Of a stretch of DNA of 33,440 nucleotides, positions 16,107 through 24,409 are shown piece by piece. Where the stretch lies: the IMG/VR virus record IMGVR_UViG_3300005611_000114, positions 1 to 33,440 of that record; one strand, given 5' to 3'. Position 1 is the stretch's first letter; each line of letters begins with the position of its first letter. A program made the position numbers and the translations under genes. The notes below the pieces were generated by a model. The model ran no database searches. It worked only from the letters and a program-made list of their open reading frames with translations, and was not told the origin of the DNA. This DNA comes from a virus (Duplodnaviria > Caudoviricetes).

Positions 16107-16736
16107 ATGAAAATACTAATTGGATGCGAGACTAGCGGAATCGTTAGAAACGCTTTTATTGATAACGGTCATGACGCTTGGAGCTGCGACATACTCCCAG
16201 CGGATGATCAGACCAACCGTCACATCCAAGACGACATTAGAAATGTTTTAAAGATGGAAGCTTGGGATCTATTAATGGTGGCCCATCCACCCTGCACCAG
16301 GCTTTGTAACTCTGGTGTGCGTTGGTTGCACAAAGCACCTCCTGGTAAAACTGTCCAAGAGATGTGGGAAGAGCTGGATGAAGGTGCGGCTCTCTTTTCG
16401 GATCTTTGGAACGCAGACGTGCCGCGGATCGCAATTGAAAACCCCATCATGCATAAGCATGCGAAGGCCAGAATAGAAAACTTCAAGCCGTTTGCGCAGA
16501 GCGTCCAACCCTACGAGTTCGCTGACTCGGTTGAGGCTGAAGACAACGTAAGCAAACGCACCTGCCTTTGGTTGAAGAACTTACCGCTGTTACAGAAGAC
16601 GAGCGACCTGTCTAGAGAAACGGCACGACATGATATTCATCTTGCCAGTCCTGGTCCCGATCGTTGGAAGTTTAGAAGCAAGTTCCATAAAGGGTTAGCG
16701 CGAGCGATGGCTGAACAGTGGGGGGCGGTAGCATGA
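16107..16736 (+). CDS. short phage-type C5 cytosine DNA methyltransferase-like protein
   Basis: ILIGCETSG (variant motif I), HDAWSCD, AHPPC (catalytic PC), AIENP (motif VI), KRTCLWLKNLP. Confidence 0.75.
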   Translation: MKILIGCETSGIVRNAFIDNGHDAWSCDILPADDQTNRHIQDDIRNVLKMEAWDLLMVAHPPCTRLCNSGVRWLHKAPPGKTVQEMWEELDEGAALFSDLWNADVPRIAIENPIMHKHAKARIENFKPFAQSVQPYEFADSVEAEDNVSKRTCLWLKNLPLLQKTSDLSRETARHDIHLASPGPDRWKFRSKFHKGLARAMAEQWGAVA

Positions 16737-17056
16737 GTGACTGCGAAAAAGAACTGCGAGACATGTGCGAAAGCTATGCCAAAGAAGCAAGAGCTGGAGA
16801 CATGAGATTTTATCCTTTGAATTATGGTGATGAAGAAGATCATTATGAGGCCTACAGCATTCGTTACATAATAGACGGGAGCGGGGAATACCTGGGCGCA
16901 AGGCTGATGATAGCGGGAGGCGGTCCTACCGTATGGGTTGATACCTTTGAAGGAGAAATCCAGGGGTTTTGGGGTTCGGACAAATGCAGCTTTAGAATCT
17001 GGGATTACGAGTATATCGATGATTACTGGGAAGAGATGTATAAGTGCTTGAACTAA
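16733..17056 (+). CDS. hypothetical protein (GARLMIAGGGPTVWVDT motif)
   Basis: ATGA-coupled to the methyltransferase gene. Confidence 0.7.
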   Translation: MSDCEKELRDMCESYAKEARAGDMRFYPLNYGDEEDHYEAYSIRYIIDGSGEYLGARLMIAGGGPTVWVDTFEGEIQGFWGSDKCSFRIWDYEYIDDYWEEMYKCLN

Positions 17057-17093
17057 CTATTTTTCTTTACCTGCTGGTGTTCCTAATGGGCGG

Positions 17094-17183
17094 TCGGGAT
17101 CGGGGCTGAGTATCAGTTTCGGGTCGGGCTGCCCAGCTGGCAGGTACCTTAACACACACAAGAGGCTTCACGCAGCCCAGGAG
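17094..17183 (+). repeat. polar spacer unit E
   Basis: Four TCGGG between 17094 and 17128; ACACACACAAG at 17152; CCAGGAG at 17177. Confidence 0.75.
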
Positions 17184-17244
17184 GTCTGGCGTTTTGCAGC
17201 CAGGGTTCGCCAAAGCTGGTATGAAAAATAAGTTAAAATAGTTG

Positions 17245-17274
17245 TTGACAAGATGTATCCAAAGTGTTTAAATT
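17245..17274 (+). promoter_or_regulatory. early-type promoter P4
   Basis: TTGACA-18-TAAATT; TGTATCCA at 17254. Confidence 0.7.
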
Positions 17275-17309
17275 AACTTAATTAAATAAATGACTATTAG
17301 GAGGTCAAT

Positions 17310-17525
17310 ATGAAGATAGAAATAAACTTATATGATGAGACAGGTCAACAAGTCGTTGGCAAAGCAATCGAGACAGCTTGTAATAGTCTCATCATTAATG
17401 GTCAGCACATCATTTCAAATGGTGGCATTAACTCTGAGATGCGAGAGTTAATGGGTCAGCCGACAGCTGAACAGATCGGCATGACTTTAGTTCCGCCACT
17501 TGGCAATCCCGATAACATCAACTAA
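17310..17525 (+). CDS. hypothetical protein
   Basis: AGGAGGT RBS, own promoter and terminator. Confidence 0.7.
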   Translation: MKIEINLYDETGQQVVGKAIETACNSLIINGQHIISNGGINSEMRELMGQPTAEQIGMTLVPPLGNPDNIN

Positions 17526-17543
17526 AAAAACCTTGGAGGAATT

Positions 17544-17567
17544 AGGGGGCATCACGCCCCCTTTTTT
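17544..17567 (+). terminator. intrinsic terminator
   Basis: AGGGGGC-ATCAC-GCCCCCT followed by a T run. Confidence 0.85.
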
Positions 17568-17591
17568 ATGGGACTCTATTTGTCAGGCAAA

Positions 17592-17669
17592 TCGGATCGG
17601 TAATCGGGTCAGGCAAAGGGGGGGGAGGCAAAAATTGGCTAGACCAGTAGAGACACACACAAGGACAAG
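17592..17669 (+). repeat. polar spacer unit F (degenerate) with G7 run
   Basis: TCGGATCGGTAATCGGG; GGGGGGGAGG; ACACACACAAG at 17653. Confidence 0.65.
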
Positions 17670-17823
17670 ATCTCTCTCAAACAAATTTCATTTTTTTTAC
17701 ATTTCATCAAAACAGGTGGTACAATCGAATTATTGTAAAATCGGTTTAGGCAGATCTAAAGATTTATATCTCCTTTATTTCCCCCAAGGATAAGATCTGC
17801 CGACAACCACTAAGGATAGAATT

Positions 17824-18141
17824 ATGGATGAAGATATGATGGGTATGGACGTTGCACCTGTAATGATGCCAGACCAACAAATGATGCAAGGGACTCCAGC
17901 AGGCCCAACTTTACCTAACGAATTACAACAACAAATTGATAGCTTGAGTGAGCAAGAAAAAGCCGAGGCTAAGGAAGCCCTCATGCAAATTATGAGAATT
18001 GTAGAACAAATGATGGCTGAGGGTGCTACCGAAGAACAAATAGAACAATTCCTCCAGCAAATCGGTATGACTCTTGAAGAGTTAGAAATGGCAGAAGAAA
18101 TGTTTGGAATGGGTGAAGGCGCACTTGGTTTTACCATCTAA
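17824..18141 (+). CDS. acidic Met/Gln-rich hypothetical protein
   Basis: ORF track; first gene of the morphogenesis side. Confidence 0.7.
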   Translation: MDEDMMGMDVAPVMMPDQQMMQGTPAGPTLPNELQQQIDSLSEQEKAEAKEALMQIMRIVEQMMAEGATEEQIEQFLQQIGMTLEELEMAEEMFGMGEGALGFTI

Positions 18142-18159
18142 TTAATATATTATTTTCAA

Positions 18160-19041
18160 ATGGGACTCTTCAAAAATTTAAGAAAAGCAATAAAACAGCA
18201 AAAAGCACCTGTCATGCCTATGGCTACCCAAGTCCCAAGACCTATTGGTGAAATGCCGTTAACCCCTGAACAAATCGCTAGAAAAGCAGAATACGAAAGA
18301 AACAAAGCAATAGAAAATGAAAGAAATGTAATTTCTAAGTACGGTAGCAGAGAAAATATGGAAAGGATGGTAAGAGATTCATTTGCTGGACCTAGAGGCA
18401 ATATGGGTTCTGATTTTAGAATGCCTCAAAGACCCCAAAAAATTACAGGATTAAGTGGTTTGTTTCGTAGATTGCAAGAAAAATTAAGAAATCAACCAAT
18501 GCGAATGCCTCAACCCATACCAGAAAGAATGCTAGTTAGTAACGTACCTTCTTTAAACCCAACCATCTTTGGTCAGCCTATGCCTAGAGATATGGATTTT
18601 AGTCAAATGCCTCAAATATCTCCAGAAGATATGAGAAATTTACAAATTCCAACTCAAATGCCTGTTATGCCAGAGGAAAGAATGGCACCTCCTGTAATGA
18701 ATCAAATGCAAGGTCCACCAAGAATGATGATGGCAGAAGGCAGAGATGCAAATATGGTTGATTTTCTTAATTCAGACCCACAACAACAAATATTTGGTAT
18801 AGAAACAAGAATTGGGATATTAGAAAACCAACTTCAAGAAGCATTAGCAAACAACGATAGACAATCATACGACATGATCGTGGATCAAATTAATGATGCT
18901 GATGCACAAAGAATTAATATTATGAATAGTATGAATCCAAGAGTCGATAGAATGATAGAAGCTGGAAGAGGAAGAACCATATCTAATATGGATAGAGATT
19001 CTCTTGACGATATACTTTCAGATCTCGAAAAAAAAAACTAG
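18160..19041 (+). CDS. Met/Pro/Gln-rich low-complexity protein ending at a slippery A10 run
   Basis: ORF track; ends GAA AAA AAA AAC TAG. Confidence 0.75.
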   Translation: MGLFKNLRKAIKQQKAPVMPMATQVPRPIGEMPLTPEQIARKAEYERNKAIENERNVISKYGSRENMERMVRDSFAGPRGNMGSDFRMPQRPQKITGLSGLFRRLQEKLRNQPMRMPQPIPERMLVSNVPSLNPTIFGQPMPRDMDFSQMPQISPEDMRNLQIPTQMPVMPEERMAPPVMNQMQGPPRMMMAEGRDANMVDFLNSDPQQQIFGIETRIGILENQLQEALANNDRQSYDMIVDQINDADAQRINIMNSMNPRVDRMIEAGRGRTISNMDRDSLDDILSDLEKKN

Positions 19042-19379
19042 ATAGCCCCTCAGAAGAATCCATTTCAGTTAAAGATGTTACCGATATCTTTTTTGATCCA
19101 ACAGACCCAGTAGATTATGCAGCCTTAGCAGGGGGTCCTTTTATCAAAGTAGGATTATCTGCAAAAAAAGCTAAAAGATTGTATGATTCCTTACAAAGAA
19201 TTAGACAAAGAAAACGTCAAGCTCAAGTAGATTTTAAAAGAGGGCAAGCCGAAGATAGAGTGGGAGAACTTGCAGGCAGAAAACTCATGAAAAAATCTAG
19301 CGATAAATTTAAAGAATTGAGCATTAACGAAGAAAAAATATTAAAACAGCTAGAAGGCTATCAACCTGAATTACTTTAA
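19038..19379 (+). CDS. -1 frame extension of 18160..19041 (LDSPSEESISVKDVTDIFFDPTDPVDYAAL...QPELL)
   Basis: Frame open 19008-19379 with no convincing start of its own; its stop overlaps the next ATG (TAATG). Confidence 0.65.
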   Translation, partial: LDSPSEESISVKDVTDIFFDPTDPVDYAALAGGPFIKVGLSAKKAKRLYDSLQRIRQRKRQAQVDFKRGQAEDRVGELAGRKLMKKSSDKFKELSINEEKILKQLEGYQPELL

Positions 19380-22300
19380 TGGCAAACAGAGCAGAAGTAC
19401 TAGAGAACCTCAAAAAGGCAGCATCCGAAGGTAACATTCGCGAGGCTTATCGTGATTTTGAGGAACTTCCATTTGTAGATCAATTAGCGATTAGTGTATC
19501 TCCTGGAATCGGAGACGCACTTGCAGTTTATGAAGTAGGTGAGTTTGGTGCTAGAGGCGCAAAAAATGTAGCTGAAAAAGACTTTCTTGGCGCACTAGGA
19601 AATTACGGTTTATCTGGTCTTAGTGCTATTAGTTTATTACCGTTATTTAGACTTTTTCGTGGTGCTAAAGCTGCAAAAGCAATAGACCCTATTGTCGATA
19701 CTCCAGTCGTACCCATAAAAACAGAAACAGCTGAAGTTGTAGAAGAGGCTGTCAAAGATGTACCTGTACCTAAAGTAGAAGAATTTAAACCCTTGTCTTT
19801 AGAAGAAATGATGTATACAGGCACAAAAGTTAACAACCAAGGCCTAACATCCAAAGCTGCTAAATTTATTAATACAAGTAAAAAATTACCCAATCAAGCT
19901 AAATTAGTAACTTACATAAATGAATTAGAGAAAGCTGGTGTGCCTAAAGGTGAGTTAAGGTTGTTAAACATACTAGACGAAGCAGATGAAATACATCCAA
20001 AACTTATTGAAGAAATACAATCTAGAAACCCTTTAGATAAAATAACTCGACAAAGATTAGCTAACTATATAAAAGCTAATCAACAAGGAGCCATAAGCAA
20101 AAGGTTGGTCAGCAGTAATCAATACGCAAGACAAGTAAAAGAGCTAGGAGATGAGTTTAAAAATATTAAAGAAAATACTTTTCATGTAAGGGGTATAGAT
20201 AGAAAACAGTATGATCACTATCAAGACAAACCTCACAAAGACCATTTTGTTTTTGATAGTACAACAGAATTAAAATTAACAGATGTTCCTGAATTAAAAG
20301 ATGTTAAAGAATTTATCGGCGGAGACAATCTTTTAAACGTAGCTAGAATTCAATCTGATTATGGAGAGGAAGTAGGTCAGCTTGCAAAAAGCAACGCTGA
20401 AAGTCAAATAGCTAATATAGTTGATATTTTATCTTACGATACTGTTGCAGGAAATTTTGTAAGAAATACATTAGAAGATAATTTTGGCTTTGCTATTAAA
20501 ACTGCAAGAAAATATCCTCAAATTAAATCTCCTGAAGAGCTTCGTACAAAATTTATTCAAGATGCTGAAAAAGAAGGTGTAACAGGGTTTAAAGCCCGTA
20601 ATTATACAACAGAAAATATAGATGAAAAGTTACCTCTTGAAGTTTTTGAAGAATTAAAAAAAGCTGTTACACAAGCACAAAAGGATGTACCTGTAACTCC
20701 ATATCTTGATAGGAAGAAAGTAGCTGCTTTGAAAAAAAGTTTGTATGAATACAACAGATTTTATCCAGAGGTAAATAAATTAGTTAGAGCGCAAGTAAAA
20801 AAACAAGATGAAATAAAAAACATACAAAAAGAAAAAGGATTAACTTTAGACTCTCCTTCTTTGGCTGACGATTTGGATGAATTAGAAAACATCAAAAAGC
20901 AAAAAGATAATTTGCTGGATGAAAAAATAACTCCAAATATAGACAAGATTGAAAAATATAATTTAACTACAAAAGATTTAGAAGATGCAACAGGTAAAAA
21001 ATTTACCGAATCGCTTGGCAAAAGTTTGGATGAAATATTTTATGAGTTAGAAACGATTAAACCTGGCTCTCCTGCTGTAAGACAAAAGTATGGTCCAGGA
21101 ACACCAGAAGACAGAGCTTTAAGATATTTTGAGGAAGTTGTAAATAATGATGAAATGACGTTTGATATTGGCAACGGAGTAAAAATACTTAAAGAAGCCA
21201 TAAAACCAAAAACAAATTTTTTAAAAGGCTACCCTATTGATCCTTATGCAAAAGGCACTAGAACCAACTACATGAAATTGCCTTTAAGAGCTAACTTTTT
21301 GAAAGCTGTAGAAGAAGGCAAAGATGGTATGTATTTTGATTCAGCCGCAAAAAGATTGGGCAAAGAAGGTGGTCGAGACAATAAATTACTACAAGGAGTT
21401 TTCAAAGAAGGCGAAAATGAAATAGATAAAATGCTCAAAGAACTTGGTGTAAATCCTAAAGATTATGTTTTAAAACCTAAAGATATAGAGTTTAAGGGGC
21501 CTGAAAATAAATTTGATGGCACCTACGTTAAGATTGATGACGAGATAAGAAAGCTGGTTAAAGAAAAAGGTATTGATGCATTTAGATTTGGAGGGCCTGT
21601 AGGTATACAAGAATCCTTGAATGAATTAAATAAAACGATATTGCCAAACCCACCTGACGTTGGATCTATAAAGCCAAATGATTTAGATACTTTAATCAAA
21701 GAAGTTGGCACCAGTCCAGTTGGATCTGAAGGAGCTGAAAGCCAAGCTATACTGTTAGCTATGGCAACACTTTCTATGAATCCTTTGCAAAGAGCGCAAG
21801 CAGTAAGAAAACATACAGCTCCATTAATAAAAAAATTAAAATCTTTACATAAAGAAAAACAAAACTATGTTGAAAACAATAGTGCTACTCAACTTAATAA
21901 ATACGCTGAAAGATTGAATAGATACAACAGAGATATTAAATCGACTGAAGATAGAATAAAACGTATTTCAGAATTGTATGATCCTAAAAGTTACAATACA
22001 GGTGGCCCTGTAGATGAAAGTAAGTCAGAAGAAACTGCAAGAAGATTAGATGCAGGCGAAGAAATAGATAATATTTTAAAAGATATTTATGGAACAGCAA
22101 TTACAAACGATTTTCAAGATTTTATAGAAAAAAATTTTTCTAATCAACTTGATTTTAAATACAAAGATGACTTAATGGATATTTATAAATCAGATGATCC
22201 TGGAGCTAATATTGAAAACAGAGCAAGAAAATTTTCAACTAATTCTATTAATAGTTTGTTAGATGATTTAAATCTACCTGTTGATGTAAGAAGAGATAAT

Positions 22301-22762
22301 TACGGAACAAACTTTGATAAAATATTTAATGTAGCTCCAAACACTAACGTAACTTTAGATGCATACAAATCAGATGATGGAGACTTTACAGGAGATTTAA
22401 ATCTTAGGTATTCAAATAGAGGAAAATATGGAAATATAGATTTGCAATCTGAAATAAATGAGCTAGGAGATACGCAAGATAAAATTAAATATAACCAAGA
22501 TATAGGGCCATTTTCAATACAAGCAGGAAAAACATCTGGAAGAGACGCAACAGGATCTGTAAGTTATAACTTACCCAGTATGTCTGTTGGTAACGCTCAA
22601 ACCATTCAAGCGAGAGCTGTAGTTGATAATCTATTAAACGCTAAAGGACAACTGGATTATATGTACAACAACCCAAATACGGGATATTTTGTTAATGCTG
22701 GACTAGGGCTTAACTCACAAAGAGGCCCAGAGTTTAATTTAAAATTTGGTAAAAACTTTTGA
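19379..22762 (+). CDS. 1127-aa modular protein (putative internal virion/injected protein) with C-terminal beta-barrel-like domain
   Basis: N-terminal hydrophobic hairpin, two [FY]xxGGPV motifs, amphipathic beta strands ending in Phe. Confidence 0.6.
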   Translation: MANRAEVLENLKKAASEGNIREAYRDFEELPFVDQLAISVSPGIGDALAVYEVGEFGARGAKNVAEKDFLGALGNYGLSGLSAISLLPLFRLFRGAKAAKAIDPIVDTPVVPIKTETAEVVEEAVKDVPVPKVEEFKPLSLEEMMYTGTKVNNQGLTSKAAKFINTSKKLPNQAKLVTYINELEKAGVPKGELRLLNILDEADEIHPKLIEEIQSRNPLDKITRQRLANYIKANQQGAISKRLVSSNQYARQVKELGDEFKNIKENTFHVRGIDRKQYDHYQDKPHKDHFVFDSTTELKLTDVPELKDVKEFIGGDNLLNVARIQSDYGEEVGQLAKSNAESQIANIVDILSYDTVAGNFVRNTLEDNFGFAIKTARKYPQIKSPEELRTKFIQDAEKEGVTGFKARNYTTENIDEKLPLEVFEELKKAVTQAQKDVPVTPYLDRKKVAALKKSLYEYNRFYPEVNKLVRAQVKKQDEIKNIQKEKGLTLDSPSLADDLDELENIKKQKDNLLDEKITPNIDKIEKYNLTTKDLEDATGKKFTESLGKSLDEIFYELETIKPGSPAVRQKYGPGTPEDRALRYFEEVVNNDEMTFDIGNGVKILKEAIKPKTNFLKGYPIDPYAKGTRTNYMKLPLRANFLKAVEEGKDGMYFDSAAKRLGKEGGRDNKLLQGVFKEGENEIDKMLKELGVNPKDYVLKPKDIEFKGPENKFDGTYVKIDDEIRKLVKEKGIDAFRFGGPVGIQESLNELNKTILPNPPDVGSIKPNDLDTLIKEVGTSPVGSEGAESQAILLAMATLSMNPLQRAQAVRKHTAPLIKKLKSLHKEKQNYVENNSATQLNKYAERLNRYNRDIKSTEDRIKRISELYDPKSYNTGGPVDESKSEETARRLDAGEEIDNILKDIYGTAITNDFQDFIEKNFSNQLDFKYKDDLMDIYKSDDPGANIENRARKFSTNSINSLLDDLNLPVDVRRDNYGTNFDKIFNVAPNTNVTLDAYKSDDGDFTGDLNLRYSNRGKYGNIDLQSEINELGDTQDKIKYNQDIGPFSIQAGKTSGRDATGSVSYNLPSMSVGNAQTIQARAVVDNLLNAKGQLDYMYNNPNTGYFVNAGLGLNSQRGPEFNLKFGKNF

Positions 22763-24219
22763 ACCTAGCACATCTTTCTGATCAAGAGATTAAAGAAACA
22801 CTTATACTCAAAGAACGTCTTGAGTTATTAAAAAAACAACAAGGTTGTCAAGAAACATTCTTAGAGTTTATTAATCACATGTGGCCTGAGTTTATTTGTG
22901 GCCGTCATCATAAAATATTTGCAGAAAAGTTAGAGGACGTTGCAAATGGTAAATGCAACAGACTTATTATTAACATGCCTCCTCGTCACACCAAGTCTGA
23001 ATTTTGTTCTACTTATTTTCCAGCTTGGATTATGGGTAAGCAGCCAAGAAGAAAAATTATGCAGACAACTCATACAGGTGAGTTAGCTGTAAGGTTTGGT
23101 CGTAAAGTTCGTAACATGATGGATGCTGAAGAATACAAACAGATCTTTCCTAAAGTAGAACTACGAGCAGACTCTAAATCAGCGGGTCGTTGGGAAACTG
23201 ACAAAGGCGGAGAATACTTTGCCGCAGGTGTAGGAGGAGCTATTACAGGTCGAGGTGCGGATCTACTCATTATTGATGACCCCCATTCAGAGCAAGACGC
23301 TTTGAGTCCTACGGCTATGGAAGCCTGTTGGGAATGGTACACCTCTGGACCTAGGCAGCGTTTGCAGCCTGGTGGAGCTATCATTCTTGTTATGACGCGT
23401 TGGAGTTCAATTGATCTAACGGCTAAGTTGCTAGAATCACAAAAAGAATCTTCAGCTGACCAATGGGAGGTTGTAGAGTTTCCAGCTATTTTTCCTGAAA
23501 CAAACAATCCTTTATGGCCCGAGTTCTGGTCTATAGAAGAATTAGAAAAAGTAAAAGCTTCTTTACCTGTGCAAAAATGGAATGCACAATGGATGCAAAC
23601 ACCTACCTCTGAAGAAGGCTCTATTGTCAAAAGAGAGTGGTGGAATGCTTGGGAAAGCGAAGCTTTGCCTCCAGTAAGTTATATTATTCAAAGTTACGAT
23701 ACGGCTTTTAGTAAAAAAGAAACAGCAGACTATTCAGCTATTTCAACGTGGGGTGTATTTAAACCTACACCCGATTCTCCTGATTGCATCATATTATTAG
23801 ATGCGCAGAAAGATCGTTGGGATTTTCCAGAATTGAAAAGAGTAGCTTACGAAGAATATCAATATTGGGAACCTGATATGGTATTGATTGAGGCAAAAGC
23901 TTCGGGTACTCCCTTAACTCACGAACTCAGAAGATTAGGTATACCTGTCGTTAATTACTCTCCAACCAGAGGACATGACAAATCTACAAGAATGCACTCA
24001 GTTGCACCTATCTTTGAGTCTGGTTTAGTTTATGCACCCGAAAGAAAATTTGCAGAAGAAATGATAGAGGAATGTGCTTCATTTCCCTTTGGTAAAAATG
24101 ATGACCTATGCGATACTATGACTCAAGCTTTAATGAGATTTAGAGAAGGTGGTTTAGTTTCTCTTGGGGATGATTACGAAGATAGAGAGAAAGCGCCAGT
24201 AAAGAGGGTATACTATTAA
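22759..24219 (+). CDS. terL: terminase large subunit
   Basis: Walker A-like MPPRHTKS, GAITGRGADLLIIDD, MTRW, nuclease QSYDTA...DYSA, EAKASG, NDDLCD; TTG start overlaps the upstream stop. Confidence 0.92.
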   Translation: MNLAHLSDQEIKETLILKERLELLKKQQGCQETFLEFINHMWPEFICGRHHKIFAEKLEDVANGKCNRLIINMPPRHTKSEFCSTYFPAWIMGKQPRRKIMQTTHTGELAVRFGRKVRNMMDAEEYKQIFPKVELRADSKSAGRWETDKGGEYFAAGVGGAITGRGADLLIIDDPHSEQDALSPTAMEACWEWYTSGPRQRLQPGGAIILVMTRWSSIDLTAKLLESQKESSADQWEVVEFPAIFPETNNPLWPEFWSIEELEKVKASLPVQKWNAQWMQTPTSEEGSIVKREWWNAWESEALPPVSYIIQSYDTAFSKKETADYSAISTWGVFKPTPDSPDCIILLDAQKDRWDFPELKRVAYEEYQYWEPDMVLIEAKASGTPLTHELRRLGIPVVNYSPTRGHDKSTRMHSVAPIFESGLVYAPERKFAEEMIEECASFPFGKNDDLCDTMTQALMRFREGGLVSLGDDYEDREKAPVKRVYY

Positions 24220-24220
24220 G

Positions 24221-24409
24221 ATGTTATTAATATTTCTTACAGAATATGAGGATGAAGGTACAACATTTTGTGGCCCATGCATTATTTCAGAAAACTGGAG
24301 TCAAGCAGAAAAAGAAGCTACACGTTTTAATTTAAAAATTGTTGGCACTTTGGTTGATGCATTCCCAAGCTCTATAATTGAGAAAGAAGAAAAAAGAGTA
24401 CTACACTAA
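24221..24409 (+). CDS. hypothetical protein
   Basis: Fills the terL-portal gap, coupled at both ends. Confidence 0.6.
   Translation: MLLIFLTEYEDEGTTFCGPCIISENWSQAEKEATRFNLKIVGTLVDAFPSSIIEKEEKRVLH

Noticed and set aside
16220-16901. Several antisense ORFs over the methyltransferase gene
   Set aside because: Shadow ORFs caused by higher GC within a clearly coding plus-strand gene
14540-17220. Exact E. coli KOPS (GGGNAGGG) or Chi (GCTGGTGG) sites
   Set aside because: Only near-matches (GGGTCGGG, GCTGGTGT, GCTGGTAT); kept as an analogy, not as a call
14540-17680. CRISPR array or integron attC cassette array
   Set aside because: No identical 23-47 nt repeats with regular spacers, no attC-type inverted cores, and no cas or integrase gene
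19179-19379. Independent 66-aa gene starting at TTG 19179
   Set aside because: No RBS, and the frame is coding-like for 140 nt further upstream; better explained as a frameshift extension
23070-23630. 186-aa antisense ORF in terL and other antisense or nested ORFs (e.g. 4405, 5686, 6880, 9319, 17775, 19603, 20761, 24551, 25536, 29314, 30066)
   Set aside because: They overlap well-supported genes on the opposite strand and show no motifs or RBS
6080-24409. Shared C-terminal His ending (LTIH, VKTH, RVLH) in three small proteins
   Set aside because: Too short and too few to separate from chance by eye
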